A stretch of DNA of 64,000 bases from the human T2T-CHM13v2.0 reference genome, Homo sapiens (GCF_009914755.1 NC_060945.1); one strand, 5' to 3'. Numbered from the stretch's first letter, positions 26,215 to 40,439 are shown. The notes: generated by a model from the letters alone, not told the origin. A program made the numbers and translations.

Positions 26215-27737
26215 TTCTTTTATTTTATTGTAGATTACTACAAGCTTAAGATGAGCACTGTCCTCCTAATTACTTACAAGTGTACAGAATAATATTGCTG
26301 AGTGTAGGTATGATGTTTTTCAGCAGATCTCTAGAGCTTGTTCATCTTGCTTGACTAAAACTTCACAACTGTCGATTGGTACTCCCCATGTTTTTTCCCC
26401 CAGCCCCTAGTAAACACCAATCTACTCTCAATTTGATTAATTTAGATAACACATATAAGTGAAATCACAATATATTTGTCTTTTTGTAGTGAACTTATTT
26501 CACTTATAGGTTTTCAGGTTCATCCATTTGTTGTCTATGCAGAATATTTTCTTTTTTTGACTGAATAATATTCTTTTGCATACATATGCTGCATTTTCTT
26601 TATCTACTCATCTGTCAATGGACATTTGGGGTGTTTCTATATCTTGGCTATGGTGAATAATACTGCAATAAATATAGAAGTACACATATCTCTCTGAGAT
26701 CTTGATTTTAATTCTTTTAGATAAATATTCAGTATATACCCAAAGGACTATAAATCATACTGCTATAAAGACACATGCACACGTATGTTTATTGCGGCAT
26801 TATTCACAATAGCAAAGACTTGGAACCAACCCAAATGTCCAACAATGATAGACTAGATTAAGAAAATGTGGCACATATACACCATGGCATACTATGCAGC
26901 CATAAAAAATGATGAGTTCATGTCCTTTGTAGGGACATGGATGAAATTGGAAATCATCATTCTCGGTAAACTATCGCAAGAACAAAAAACCAAACACCGC
27001 ATATTCTCACTCATAGGTGGGAATTGAACAATGAGATCACATGGACACAAGAAGGGGAACATCACACTCTGGTGACTGTTGTGGGGTGGGGGGACGGGGG
27101 AGGGATAGCATCGGGAGATATACCTAATGCTAGATGAGGAGTTAGTGGGTGCAGCGCACCAGCATGGCACATGTATACATATGTAACTAACCTGCACAAT
27201 GTGCACATGTACCCTAAAACTTAAAGTATAATAATAAAAAAAATAAAAATAAAATTCAAAAGTGGGATTGCTGGATTATATAATAGTTCTATTTTACAGT
27301 TATGTGGAATATCCATATTGTTTTATATAGCTTCTGTACCATGTTGCCTTCTCACCAACAGTGTGCATGGGTTCTAGTTTCTCTATATCCTTAAAAATAT
27401 TTGCTGTGCTTTTTTTTTTTTTTTACATAATAGCCTTCCTGACATGTCTAAGATGCTATGTCATTGTGCTTTTTATTTGCATTTCCCTGATGAATAGTGA
27501 GGTTGAACATTTTTAAATATACTTATTGGTCATTTGTATGTCTTCTCTGGAGACATGTCTGTTCAAACTTTTCCGTATTTTTAAAACAGATTACTGACTT
27601 ATTTACCATTGCATTGTAGGAGTTCCTTATATACTTTGGAAATTAATTCCTTATTAGAAATATGGTTGGCAAATATTTTACGCTATTTCGTAGGTTGTCT
27701 TTTCACTCCATTGATTGCTTCCTTTCCTGTGCAGTGA
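26215..27737 (-). mobile_element. L1MA9/10-like 3' end, interrupted by L1PA2 at 26732-27254
   Basis: CAGCAGATCTCTAGAGCTTGTTCATCTTG motif. The host sequence reads through GATAAATATTCA/AAAGTGGGATTGCTGG across the insert. Confidence 0.8.
26732..27254 (+). mobile_element. 5'-truncated L1PA2-type 3' end with poly(A)
   Basis: Near-consensus young L1 3'UTR. Has GAG rather than the L1Hs-Ta ACA in TAGATGAG-GAG-TTAG, and CTTAAAGTATA rather than CTTAGAG. Approximate TSD AAA(T)ATTCA. Confidence 0.9.
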
Positions 27738-28464
27738 ATAAAGCCACTTTGATTTAAATTTATGAGTTAAGTTTTTGTTTTGTGTTTTACTTCATGTTTT
27801 TTAAAAGTTGATTTAAGTTTAATATCTATTACTAGGAAGCTTTATTAATTCGAAATTATACTCCCAACTCAATAAAATATTTTAAAGATTATCTGACAAT
27901 TAAAATGCTGTAACAATAGTATTATTTTTTATGAACTACAACTACAATATGTGAATGCCATTTTTGTTTTTCTCCTAAATGTCACTGAAAAAAAGGAGAA
28001 CATTTTTGCCTCAAAATGTATATTTATGTGTTCCTTCCCATAATAAAATAACACTTCAGAATAGCCAACTTTACCTTAAAGGTTTTGTTCTAACTCTGTA
28101 TGTGTGCAATAAATACATTATTAAGAATTTATTATATACTAGATAGAGAAAGAAACTGAAAGCCAGACAGACAGACAGAGGTTACAACCTTCCTTTGTAC
28201 TTGTGGAGCAGTCGGGGAAATGGTACAAAGAAAGTAAGAAGGAATTCAATAAAAAGAAGTCAATAGACTAAATTTTTCGACAGGAGTGAAGACATAATTT
28301 GTGTTTAAAGGTATTCCAAAAATACTGTGATGAACAACCATTGACCACTTTAAGGGAGAAGCATTTTCTAACACAGTGGTGACAGCCTCTAACAGTGCTT
28401 ACATAAATAGCATATGATAGACGGTAATTAAATGTAGAAAAGCTTACACAAAACCCAGCTTCAC

Positions 28465-28913
28465 TCAATGATTTACTGGATAAAGAAAACGTGGCACATA
28501 TACACCATGGAATATTATGTAGCCATTAAAAGGATGAGTTCATGTTCTTTGCAGGGACGTGGATGAAGCTGGAAGCCATCATTCTCAGCAAACTCAGCAA
28601 ACATATTCTCAGCAAACACAGGCACAGAAAACCAAAAACTTCATGTTCTCACTCATAAGTGGGAGTTGAACAATGAGAACACATGGACACAGGGAGGGGA
28701 ACATCACACACTGGGGCCTGTCCGGGGGGTGGGGGCAAGGAGAGGGAGAGCATTAGGACAAATACCTAATGCATGTGGGGCTTAAAACCTAGATGAGGGG
28801 TTGATGGGTGCAGCAAACCACCATGGCACATGTATACCTATGTAACAAATCTGCATGTTCTGCACATGTATCCCAGAGCTTAAAGTAAAATTTAAAAAAA
28901 AAAGAAAGAAAAA
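28465..28913 (+). mobile_element. 5'-truncated L1PA7-type 3' end
   Basis: GCATTAGGACAAATACCTAATGCATGTGGGGCTTAAAACCTAGATG...TATCCCAGAGCTTAAAGTAAAAT plus A-tail. Confidence 0.88.
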
Positions 28914-29449
28914 TCTTCTTTGTCGGGGATTATCACTACATTTTTCACTGATTTGAGAGAAACATGCAGCTTTCTGTCTTTGAATGACTACAACTGTGGG
29001 AAATCATATTTATTTCCATCTTAAAAGTACATTCCTCGTGAACAGAGATATACCAAAGTCCTAAGAAGGCCTCAGTGACTAGTAGGTGTCATTTAAGTTT
29101 GCAGTAGGTGCACATGGAAGGCAAATCAATGATTTTTTTTTTTCTGTAAGGTTTAAGCAGATAAAGAAGAACTTTTGCAAAATGTCACTTGAAACTCAAA
29201 ATAAAATAGAAACTTATAGACGGTTCTCAAGACAGTGAGAGCAATGAAATAGTTTCTCCTTAAATCTCAAACAGTGTTTATTAACTATAAAAATAGAACA
29301 GTCAAAAGTCAGAACATTGTAAGATCTTTTCACAAACTTGTTTTTTCTCTCTACGTACACAAGCTTTACTTGCTAAGCAGGAAACTATGGAATTGTTTTT
29401 CCTTGTAAGTAAAAAAGTTAAATAGTTTTTTACCTCAGAAATAACTTGT

Positions 29450-29798
<349 letters not shown>

Positions 29799-31580
29799 TC
29801 ATTTATTTCTTTATATGGAATTTAGGATTTTAGCATCTAATATATACAATGTTCTTTTCAAGGCACCACAAGGCTATAGTTTTTGATACGTTTGACAAAT
29901 CTTATGCCCTCATTGAAGATATACTCTAGTAATAATATAATAATAGATATAATAAGCAGTGATATGATATATACATAATAAAAGTAACTAAGATTATATT
30001 CGTATTCATCTTTATTTTCATTTTAGTAACTACTTTGTATAGGTTGTATAAACATACATTATGTATTGTTATGAATGAGTAACTTTGTAGCCTTGGTTAA
30101 TGTTGAGTGATTTTAATATGGTAAGTATGGGAGTATTTTGAAAAAAAGTAGTAATTGCTAGACAAATATTTTAACTGCTATTATATTTTAAAAACACAGT
30201 TGCACTGAAATATACTGTCATTATTCAATTTAATTGAGTGCATTTTAGGACCAGGTGCTTGCTTACCCTCCCATTTAATTGGGTACTTGTTTTTTCCACC
30301 TTAAAGATTTTTCTTCAAGTGCGTTGCCACGTAACCAATGTATTTTCAACTTATAGTCAGTTCTTGATTACCTCCTGGGATTACTCCATTATGGATTACC
30401 TGTAACAAACTTTGCTTTTCAGAACTTATTGACATCGCTATCTTCTACACTTCTAATTAAGTCATTTCCTGACATTCAGGCTGTTTCCCCAACTAGTAAA
30501 GTCTGTTTTAAAAGTCAAACTAGTTTCTGACTGCATTTATACATTGTAAATTTCAGGCAACCATCATAGTTGAATAAGTTTTTCAATTTAAGTATTCAAA
30601 ATTTTCAAGGTATTAGGGAATATTTTCTTCTATCCAGGAAAGTAAATCCAATAAATCAAAATGTTTAATGGCCATATTCAAATCTAAGTCATTACAAACC
30701 AGAAATATGACAATTACTGAGAGACATAAGGTCATAAAAGATGTATAGTTTTTCCTCATATTGTTATGCTTGAAGAATGTGAGTGGGTTGCAAGGGTACA
30801 GGGATCCATTCTTTGATCCTTCTCTCAAAGCATCTTTTCCACCGATTAGCTGATTTTTAAAATTAAATTTTAAAGAAACGTTTCCTAATTATGCATAGCA
30901 TTTTAATGCAAATTACTAATATCAGAAATGAGTATTTCTGAGATCAGTAAATATTTAGGCAAAATTCTAAGCCTTTGTATGTGGCACTCTTGAGAGGGAA
31001 GTAAGACACACATTCTCTCTCTCTGTTTTCATTAACTCATCTTCGAGGGTCAAGTCCTGTGGGGACAAATGAGTCCGTGACATTTTTCATAGTCACTTGC
31101 TCACCTGATGCTAACCTCACCCTCTTCACTGCTGAAATGCTATTTTTGTAATCCTACTCACAGCTCCGTGCCTTATTTCTTAGCATCTCTGGAATTGCCT
31201 ATATTTGCTCATGTACAAATCCTACAACATTGTTTCACACAGACCTTACAATTGCATATTGATTATGCCTTTTCATGTTGTTTCTACATGTGCTGCCTTT
31301 TGTTAGAGGAATCTTTCTCTTCCTAAAGTGTTCTACACCCAATACTCTCAAAGTAGTAAGACCCAAAAACTAAACAGTGCTGTATTCCTATGAGTATTCA
31401 CTGAACTGGGGCTGCGTGGAAATACATCCACATATAAGTCAAGTGGCCCTCTCCTATAGATTCAATTAGACTCTTAAAGTCCATAAGAACAACATCTATA
31501 GTTTAAATTTAGGTAAGTAGATGCCCTGCCAAAAATACTTAGGTAATTATATATTATATAAGTCACATAAATGTAACATA

Positions 31581-31980
31581 ATATAAAATATGTATTTTAT
31601 TATTCTATATATGCATAACTACAGAGACACAAGCATTCATACACATACACATGTATACACATAAATACATGAGTATAATTACATATACATGTGTATGTAA
31701 TTATGTATGTATAATCACATATACATGTGTATGTAATTATGTATGTATAATCACATAAACACAAGTATGCATATGTAACTATGTATATTATATGCATAAT
31801 TACATATGCCCATGTATGTGTATGCAATTATGTATATTATGTATGTATAATTACATATACACATATGTGTAATTATACACATATATGTATTTATGTGTAT
31901 ACATGTGTATGTGTATGAATGCTTGTGTCTCTATGTAGTTATGCACATATAGCATAATGTAATAAATACATATTTATATA
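31581..31980. repeat. AT-rich quasi-palindrome enclosing a degenerate ~36-bp minisatellite
   Basis: 31623-31670 is the exact reverse complement of 31885-31932 (48 bp); the arms extend imperfectly on both sides. Confidence 0.92.
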
Positions 31981-32902
31981 TATGCACTTCCAGTTCTAGC
32001 TGTCTTGCTTAAAATTTCTTCCTCCATTTACCTCTTTCCTCTGTCCCTTTACTGTAAGTACCAAGAAAAAAATGAGCTGCATCTTCAACACTTGCTTGAA
32101 AATTTCCTCCAGTAAATATCCAAATTTATTGCTTACAAATTCTGCTTTCTATATATCTGTAGGTTGCACATTTGATTCTATCACAAGCAGGATATCAAGA
32201 GTTATAAATAGTAGGCATTTGACTTAAGAGCTAGAAAGAAAGCTAGGAAAAGTTCAAGTTTCTAAGTCATCACTTATGGATAAAGTACATAAAGCAATTC
32301 CATTGAAATGAATTCCCTCAACACTAAAATAAATGTTGCAAAAAATTATCCTCACAAAATATATTTTTTGTAACACTCTCCATTCTTCTAAATAATTATC
32401 TAAACTTTTCTTGTCTTTGCTTATTATTGACATTTTCAACTCTTTGTTAGACTGTAAATATTTAAATATTTATTTACACTTTTTCTAGGAATGCTGTAAA
32501 TATGCATCATGTCAATCAGTAGATAAACAAAATAGAAGAAAAGAATGTGATCTGTCTATATCACTTAAATATGAGATACTTCACATCATTATCTTAGGTT
32601 TTCACATATGTGTACCTTTTAAGGAGAATTAAATAATTTTGGCATGAATAAAATATGAGTAGTGAACTGTATACCCAGTCTAAATAGTTGAAAATTCAAC
32701 ACAAACTATGTTGAGTAATATTGAAAATTGCATAAAAATGTCTTTGGTAGACTTTTAGTTTATCTATTAGTATCTATCCACGTATCATTTATCTGCCTAT
32801 CTTTCTATGATGTATCTATCTATGTATTTTTGTATCCCTGTATTATAAGTACATATAAGCTTACTAAAAGGATCTGAGCAACACAACTGGGGATATTTCT
32901 AG

Positions 32903-33607
<705 letters not shown>

Positions 33608-33859
33608 TGTCATTCAATCTTCTTATACTACAGTTTCCTCTTCCAAAAGCAGGGCAAATACCTACCTAATAGAATTATTTCAAATGTCATGTATTAAATA
33701 CACAATGGTGTTCTTTTTTTTTCCTTGCTCTCTGCATATACCTCCTGATTAGTTCTGTTTCCCTAATCCTTCAAACTTACCATCAAAGCATAAAAAAAAT
33801 TGTAGCAAGGTATTTTTAACTATAAAACAAAAGGTTCATTGCCCTTTGTGTTCGATTAA

Positions 33860-34520
33860 TTTATTTATTCATCGAAGACATACTTTAGTAAACATATGTA
33901 TATGCCACCGTTATAGGTACTAGAAAAAAATAGTTTTAAACAAGAAAGACAAGCTATTTTTTTCTAACAGAGTTTACTGACTAGAGGAGAATATGGATAA
34001 TAAATAGACTATGAAATGAATTTAATTACAGCGGTAAGTACTCTAAATAAATCAAAGCATGGTAATGAGATAGAGAATCATTGAAGTCTATTTATATGGT
34101 ACTTAGGAGGGGTATTTTCAATTAATTCCTATTAAGACAGAGACCTGAATAAGTGGAGAGACAATTATGTGAATATTTGGGGAATAATTACCTAGGAAGA
34201 AAAAAAGTTGAGAAAGCCAAAATAGCATTGATATAGTTGTATTACATCAGATCGGTATGATTATAGAAATAAAAGTTTAATAACAGAGGAACTTGATAGA
34301 AAACGAAGCTGAGGAAACACATACAGATGGAATCCCGGAAGGCCTCATGTGAATTATGGTAAGAATTTTAAATTGTATTTAATATTTAAGGTGCTAGAGT
34401 ATTGAGACCAAATGACAAAAAAAAAATGAATTGTGTTTTTAAAAGAATTTTCACTGCTATGTGGAGAATGTAGAGAAAGAAGAGTAGAATCATGAAGACC
34501 ACTTTGAATCTTTTGCCATG
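33860..34520 (-). mobile_element. L2 3' region, degenerate
   Basis: TTTATTCAT...TATGCC...AGGTACTAG...AACAAGAAAGACAAG...CAGAGTTTAC pattern of the L2 3' end. Confidence 0.6.
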
Positions 34521-34791
34521 GAATGCATTACATTTGTTTACGGGTGGATGAGAAAATAGACACATTTTCCCCCAAAATAAGTCACTTCACTATCATCAAG
34601 CTGATAAGAACATTTTCATTAAAAATAGAAAGAAAAATATGGTCTCTCTCCACACTTAATGACTTCCCTTTATTTGAAAAAATACAGCATAAAAGTCTTT
34701 GGGCATAGTGCTATAAAATGAATAATTATGGATAAAAGATTCAAGAATTATGGACATATTTCTATCCCAAAAGATAAAGGTTTTGCTAAGT

Positions 34792-35682
34792 TGATGGCAC
34801 TACCGGCTATTACCCTTTGCTCTTTCCTTATCTATACACTTTCAAGTGTAACCTTACAGTGCGGTCTATAACGGGCAAGGCTTTCTGCACTGCCCCTTGA
34901 TTCTGAGCTCAGTCACTTGATTAACTTTTTTTTCTTATAAATGTAAGGGTATAAGTGCAGTTCAATTACATGGATATATTGCATAGTGGTGAAGTCTGGG
35001 CTTTTAGTGTAACCATCACCCAAATAATGTGCATAGTACCCATTAAGTAATTTTTTCTCCCTCACACCCCTCCAACGCTGTCAACATTCTGAATCTCCGG
35101 TGTCTATTATTCCACATGCTATGACCATGCGTACATATTACTTAACTCCCGCTTATAAATGAGAACATACAGTATTTGGCTTTGTGTTTCTGAGTTGTTT
35201 CTCTAAGACAGTGGTCATCAATTCCATCCACGTTACTACAAAAGACATAATTTTATAATTTTTATGGGTAAATCGTACTCCATCTATGTTGCTGCAAAAG
35301 ACATTATTTTATGGGTAAAGAGTATTTCATTGTTATATCACATTCACCTTGAAATGTTAGCAAGCATGACAAAGAGACAAAGAAGAATACTTTAGTATTT
35401 CAGGTACTGCACTTTTCCTCTGCTATCAACATGAGGAGGACATGCCTAGGCTAGTCCAGGGTAAAAGTATTAGAAATATATGGGCCAGAGTAATGAGGCA
35501 TTAGATTTCTTCACCAAAACTATCATAGATCAACACAAATCTAACCAACACCCAACAAGCAGATACTCATAGCCAACCTAGCTTATATCAGGTAAAGCAC
35601 TCAAATTCCTGAGCTAATACTAATGTCAATCAGGTTGTGCGATTGTAATGCAACATAATGGTCACAATATGTAACTGATACA
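34792..35682 (+). mobile_element. MLT1H/I-like LTR split by L1PB4
   Basis: CCCCTTGATTCTGAGCTCAGTCACTTGA ... GAAATGTTAGCAAGCATGAC ... terminal TAACTGATACA. Confidence 0.6.
34926..35342 (-). mobile_element. L1PB4-type 3' end
   Basis: TACATGGATATATTGCATAGTGGTGAAGTCTGGGCTTTTAGTGTAACCATCACC. Confidence 0.85.
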
Positions 35683-36188
35683 ATAGCGCAGAGAAGTGAA
35701 TAAAATAACTATATAAGAAACTTTTCTGAAAGGACATTAATCCATTTTGAGGCTTGAGTCTCAGCATTTGGAAGTCTTCGGTATTAAAAATATCTTAATC
35801 ATCATAGGCTTATGGATTAAAATAGCAAAGAGGATTACTTTCCTATTTCCCATTTGGAACCCTAGAGAAAGTTTCACAAAATGTGAGAGGTCTAAGTGAT
35901 GCAAAGGGGTTGGAAATTGCAGGACAGAAAATCCTCCAAGTTTGTTAACATTTCTCATTCTATACACACCCTACTCTTCCCCCTCCATGACTGTCACTAC
36001 CCTTCTGTTTTGTTTTTACAGGACCTGGGATGGAATTCTGAAATTATTGTGAGCCCCACTTCAAATCCACACCCCCTCCAAAACAATACATGAGAGATAC
36101 CTTGTAGTATTGATACAGTGAGTTACCTGAAGGTCTGTAGAAGTTTGCGTGGGGCTGAGAACAGAATGTAATCTTAAAAGGAGATTCT

Positions 36189-36593
<405 letters not shown>

Positions 36594-36610
36594 CTAAGTA
36601 TTTACCACTT

Positions 36611-36725
36611 AATAGACAAAATCTAGTTCTTGTTTATTCGACATGTATTTACTGATCAGCTGGTATGTGCCAAATATTGGTCTAGACTCTGGGGATGCAG
36701 CAAATAATTTTAAAAAGAGACAAAA
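36611..36725 (+). repeat. Copy 1 of a ~115-bp local duplication (L2 3'-end-like)
   Basis: Aligns with 37725-37837, including TCTGGGGATGCAGCAAATAATTTT..AAAAGAGACAAAA. Confidence 0.85.
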
Positions 36726-37724
36726 GGTGAGACTGAGTAAATCTGAGTTACTGAAATAAATCAGAAGTGATTGTTAATTTACATGAATTTCATTAGGTAT
36801 GATGCTTGTTTTCTGGATACTGAGTGTGAATGGTAAATTATGAGAAAGTTAAACAGTTATGGAGAAAAATAGTTAATTTCTACATATTTGAGTTAACGCT
36901 CCAGAACTGAAACCAATGTCAAGAATAAATGGTATATTTGATCTCTGATGAATATTTTTATATTAGCATGTTTATGAAGATATTTGGATTGGAAAGTAAC
37001 TCAAGAAAAACAGCATGAATTTTCAGAATAAGTGAACATTGCCTAATAACAGAACATATCATTTGATATAACTATCCTTATTTATTTATGTATTTATTTT
37101 CTTTGCTGTAATGGAAAAACAAAAATTAGCAACTTAATTCAGGAAAGTACTGAGTATTTGTTTCTTTCTTATTATCTGTGAATGATAGTCTGAAATGTCA
37201 AAAGTGGTAATTATATGCAAAATAATATGACATAACTTTATAAACATTTAAAATGCATTAAAGTCCATTAAAATTATGCTTTGGTTTCTGAAAGTACAAA
37301 ATGTCTTTCCTAGAAATACTTGTATGTTGGACCTGGCAGAACTACAATTCTTTCACATTTTAAATAACAACAATGTAAAACGAGGCTGCAGCTGTCTCAG
37401 AGGAACCCTCAATCAATTGTTTTTCTGCTTTTCCAGACTCTCATTTATGTAACTGAAACAGATATTGCCAACAGAGCAACTCCAAGAAAACATTACAAAC
37501 CATTAAACAATAAGGGTTTCTGACCTGTTATTTTCTTCCACTAAGGGGAATATAAGGATTGAGAATAAACTGAAGAAGTCAAATAGCCAGATTCATTCAA
37601 AACAGAGCATGAAAAAAAAAATCAGAGCAAATTGGAACGTAAAGCTGTATCTCTAGCAGCTTCAGATCAACAAATACATAAACTTTTCATACAGTAACCT
37701 AAATAGTGGATTGACTAAGGCATA

Positions 37725-37837
37725 AATAGATAATCTAGGACTTGTTTATTCAATGTGTATTTACTGATCACTTGTATGTGCAAAGTATTGATCTAGATTC
37801 TGGGGATGCAGCAAATAATTTTTTAAAAGAGACAAAA
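37725..37837 (+). repeat. Copy 2 of the ~115-bp local duplication
   Basis: Aligns with 36611-36725. Confidence 0.85.
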
Positions 37838-38276
37838 TTTTACTCTTTTGGATGTGACAAGATAGTATTTTCTTTCTTCATTTTTTCCTTTTATTCATTT
37901 ATTCAACAAATATGTAATGAAGACCAATGATGAGGTGATAGTATGACGGTTCCTAAATCCACTTTGATGAATAGACAGGTTGATTTTCTGCCCTCATAAC
38001 GCTGGAAGCATAGTGCATTTGCATGCCTCTAGAGTTGTAAAAAATAAGTGACTTGACTTTCCTTTCTAAAAATATTTATCTAAACTTTGAATTCGGAATG
38101 GTAAAATATGGGAAGTAAATTTAATTAATGGATCTAAAGTCTTTAATTGTGTTAAGTACCATGGGTGTTGCGAAGTTGAAATTCTATTAGTCTCCACTCT
38201 TTAGCAACCCTTTGATATATCCAACATTTTAACATCTGTTTTAAACTAATGATCTCTATTGAACTGTTACTGACTC

Positions 38277-38330
38277 TTGGTGCAAAAATGATTGCGGGTT
38301 TTGCCATTACTTTTAATGGCAAAGCCAATA
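38277..38330. mobile_element. MADE1 (Hsmar1-derived MITE), right arm deleted
   Basis: TTGGTGCAAAAATGATTGCGGGTTTTGCCATTACTTTTAATGGCAAA matches the MADE1 left TIR and centre. Confidence 0.85.
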
Positions 38331-38361
38331 AAACAATATTGTTTGTATTTAAATAATAAAT

Positions 38362-38544
38362 TACGATTTTTGTTTTTAAAGTTATAAAAGGCATATTCAT
38401 AGTCAACATAGTACAAATTCCTGCTTTGTGGACAGTGAAGGTATTTCATTATGATGCAATATGATTTTGTATTTAAAGTTTTAAGGGGCACATTCATAGT
38501 TAACATAGTTTAAATCCCTGCTTTGTGGACAGTGAAGGTATTTC
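38362..38544 (+). repeat. Tandem duplication, period ~97 bp
   Basis: Two copies ending in an identical 28-mer CCTGCTTTGTGGACAGTGAAGGTATTTC. Confidence 0.9.
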
Positions 38545-39124
38545 TGTTGATGAGATCTCTCTGGCTCAACTATCCACTTAATTATATCCAGCTGGGCAGA
38601 CTCAACTGCCAAGGCACAAAGAAACTCATTTGGTAAGTGAACCCTGGCCGAGATAGAAAAAAGAACTTCTTGGTTCTCATTTTCCCCACCCTATGCATGA
38701 ATAGTTGACCAACGTCTATATAGAGTCTTCAAAATTATTGCAGCTATCATTTCACAAATTGCTCTTTTCCTGACAGCAAAGACTCACTCAGTTTTCTGAA
38801 ATTTTGAAGAGACTCTTTATGGGAATACAAATGGTGGTTGTCAGAGAAAAAAAAAAGCGTGCTTTTTCATCAATCTGACTCAATAGAAAATGAAGTCTAC
38901 CGTAAAGTTGTGCTTCTGTCATTCAAGGTCAAGAAACAGTTAAGTAACATCACTCAAAGGATTCTGAAGCTAGTCGTCCCTATTCTTGTTCCAGAATCTA
39001 TGAGATTGCTTCTTCCTTTTTATGCCCTTTACCAAGGGGGAGTAAAGGAATTTTATAAGAGGGAGATTTTATTGCATAATAGAAGAAAATATATTTTTAT
39101 GCCAGAGTGTTTCTATCCCTAATG

Positions 39125-39440
39125 TGGTCCCCAGGTTTCATTTACCTTCGACTCCACTTGATTTTACTCTGTACTTTCTTACACTATGCTCTGTGCTCTG
39201 GAACCCTGGATTTCATATTCTATATGGGTTATTGTATCCTCTGGCTTCTGGTTAGATACAGCTGTGGGAGTGAAAATTAGGGCATTAGCAGAAGAAGCCA
39301 TGGAGGGTGGGTATTCGGTGCTGGCTACATTTAAGACAGGCAAGAGGTAGAGTGTCTGGATTTCTCCATGGAAGCCACAGTGCCTTTGGGGAAGTTATCT
39401 TTTACTATCATTTTCTCTTCTCAAGTTCAGGCTGAGAAGG
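39125..39440. mobile_element. LTR33-like ERVL LTR fragment
   Basis: TGCTCTGTGCTCTGG...CCTCTGGCTTCTGGTTAG motifs. Confidence 0.45.
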
Positions 39441-39528
39441 ACTTTCCCTATATGAGACTGCAGCGCTATCTGAACTGTTAGTATTTCTAGGCTGGAAAGA
39501 GCCAAGGAAGCAAAAAAATGCAGAAAGG

Positions 39529-39811
39529 TATATTAGTCTGTTCTCACACTGCTATAAAGAACTACCTAAGACTGGGTCATTTATAAAGAAAAGAAGTTTA
39601 ATTGATTCATAGTTCCACAGGCTGTACAGGAGGCATGGCTGGAGAGGCCTCAGGAAACTTACAATCATGGCAGAAGGGTAAAGGAGAAACAAGCATGTCT
39701 TCACATGGTGGCAGGAGAGAGAGTGAAGGGCGGAAGTGACATACACTTTTTATGATCAGAATTATAATTCAACATAAGATTTGGGTGGGGACAAAGAGCC
39801 AAACAATATCA
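39529..39811 (-). mobile_element. MSTA solo LTR, internally deleted
   Basis: TATTAGTCTGTTCTCACACTGCTATAAAGAACTACC...CCTCAGGAAACTTACAATCATGGCAGAAGG...GCCAAACAATATCA. Confidence 0.88.
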
Positions 39812-40439
39812 AAGGGAGATGATTATCTCTCGCCAGTCTCTCTCAGCTCCAGCAAAGAAGCACTTTGACTCCTCAGTTAGAGGGTGCTTTGGAAAAATTA
39901 TTGAATCTCTTGCACTGTGGGATGCCCTAAAACTCTGGTTCCAGCACCAACGACACACGCAACAGAAAGAGAAAGACCAGAATTTCAATTGCCTTGTAGA
40001 GCAAGGTACAATTTTTGAAAAATAAAATAGAAAAAAGTCTGAAAACATTAGTTAAATTATTTTCACTTAACATTTTCACAATATTTATGTTTCTAGAAGA
40101 TAAGCCTAATGAAAACTTTATTTTGTTTTCATTGTATTTATTAGTTATATTTTATTGTGGTAAGGCCACACATGATATCTATCTTCTTAACAAATTTTGA
40201 ATTGTACAGTACAGTATGGTTTACTGTAAGCACTATGCTGTAGAGAAGATCTCCAGAATTTTTTCATCTTCCTTAACTGAAACTTTATACCATTTGAAGA
40301 GCAACTAGTCATTTCTTTCTCCTCCCATACAGTGTAAATTGCCATTCTATTTTCTGCTTCTATGAATTTGACTATTTACATCATCTCGTAAAAGGTATCA
40401 TGCATAAAATACATATCTTCATAAAAGGTATCATGCAGT

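Noticed and set aside
27083-27104. G-quadruplex-like tract
   Set aside because: Standard feature of L1PA 3'UTRs.
23277-28913. The L1PA7/8 5'UTR and the L1PA7 3' end as one element
   Set aside because: No shared TSD, and the intervening DNA holds older repeats (MER2, MLT1A, L1MA9) rather than L1 ORFs.
38545-38638. Possible exon ending TTG/GTAAGT
   Set aside because: Isolated donor with no convincing acceptor; expected by chance.
38838-39122. 94-aa ORF in unique DNA
   Set aside because: TTG start, no recognisable domain, no supported splice structure.
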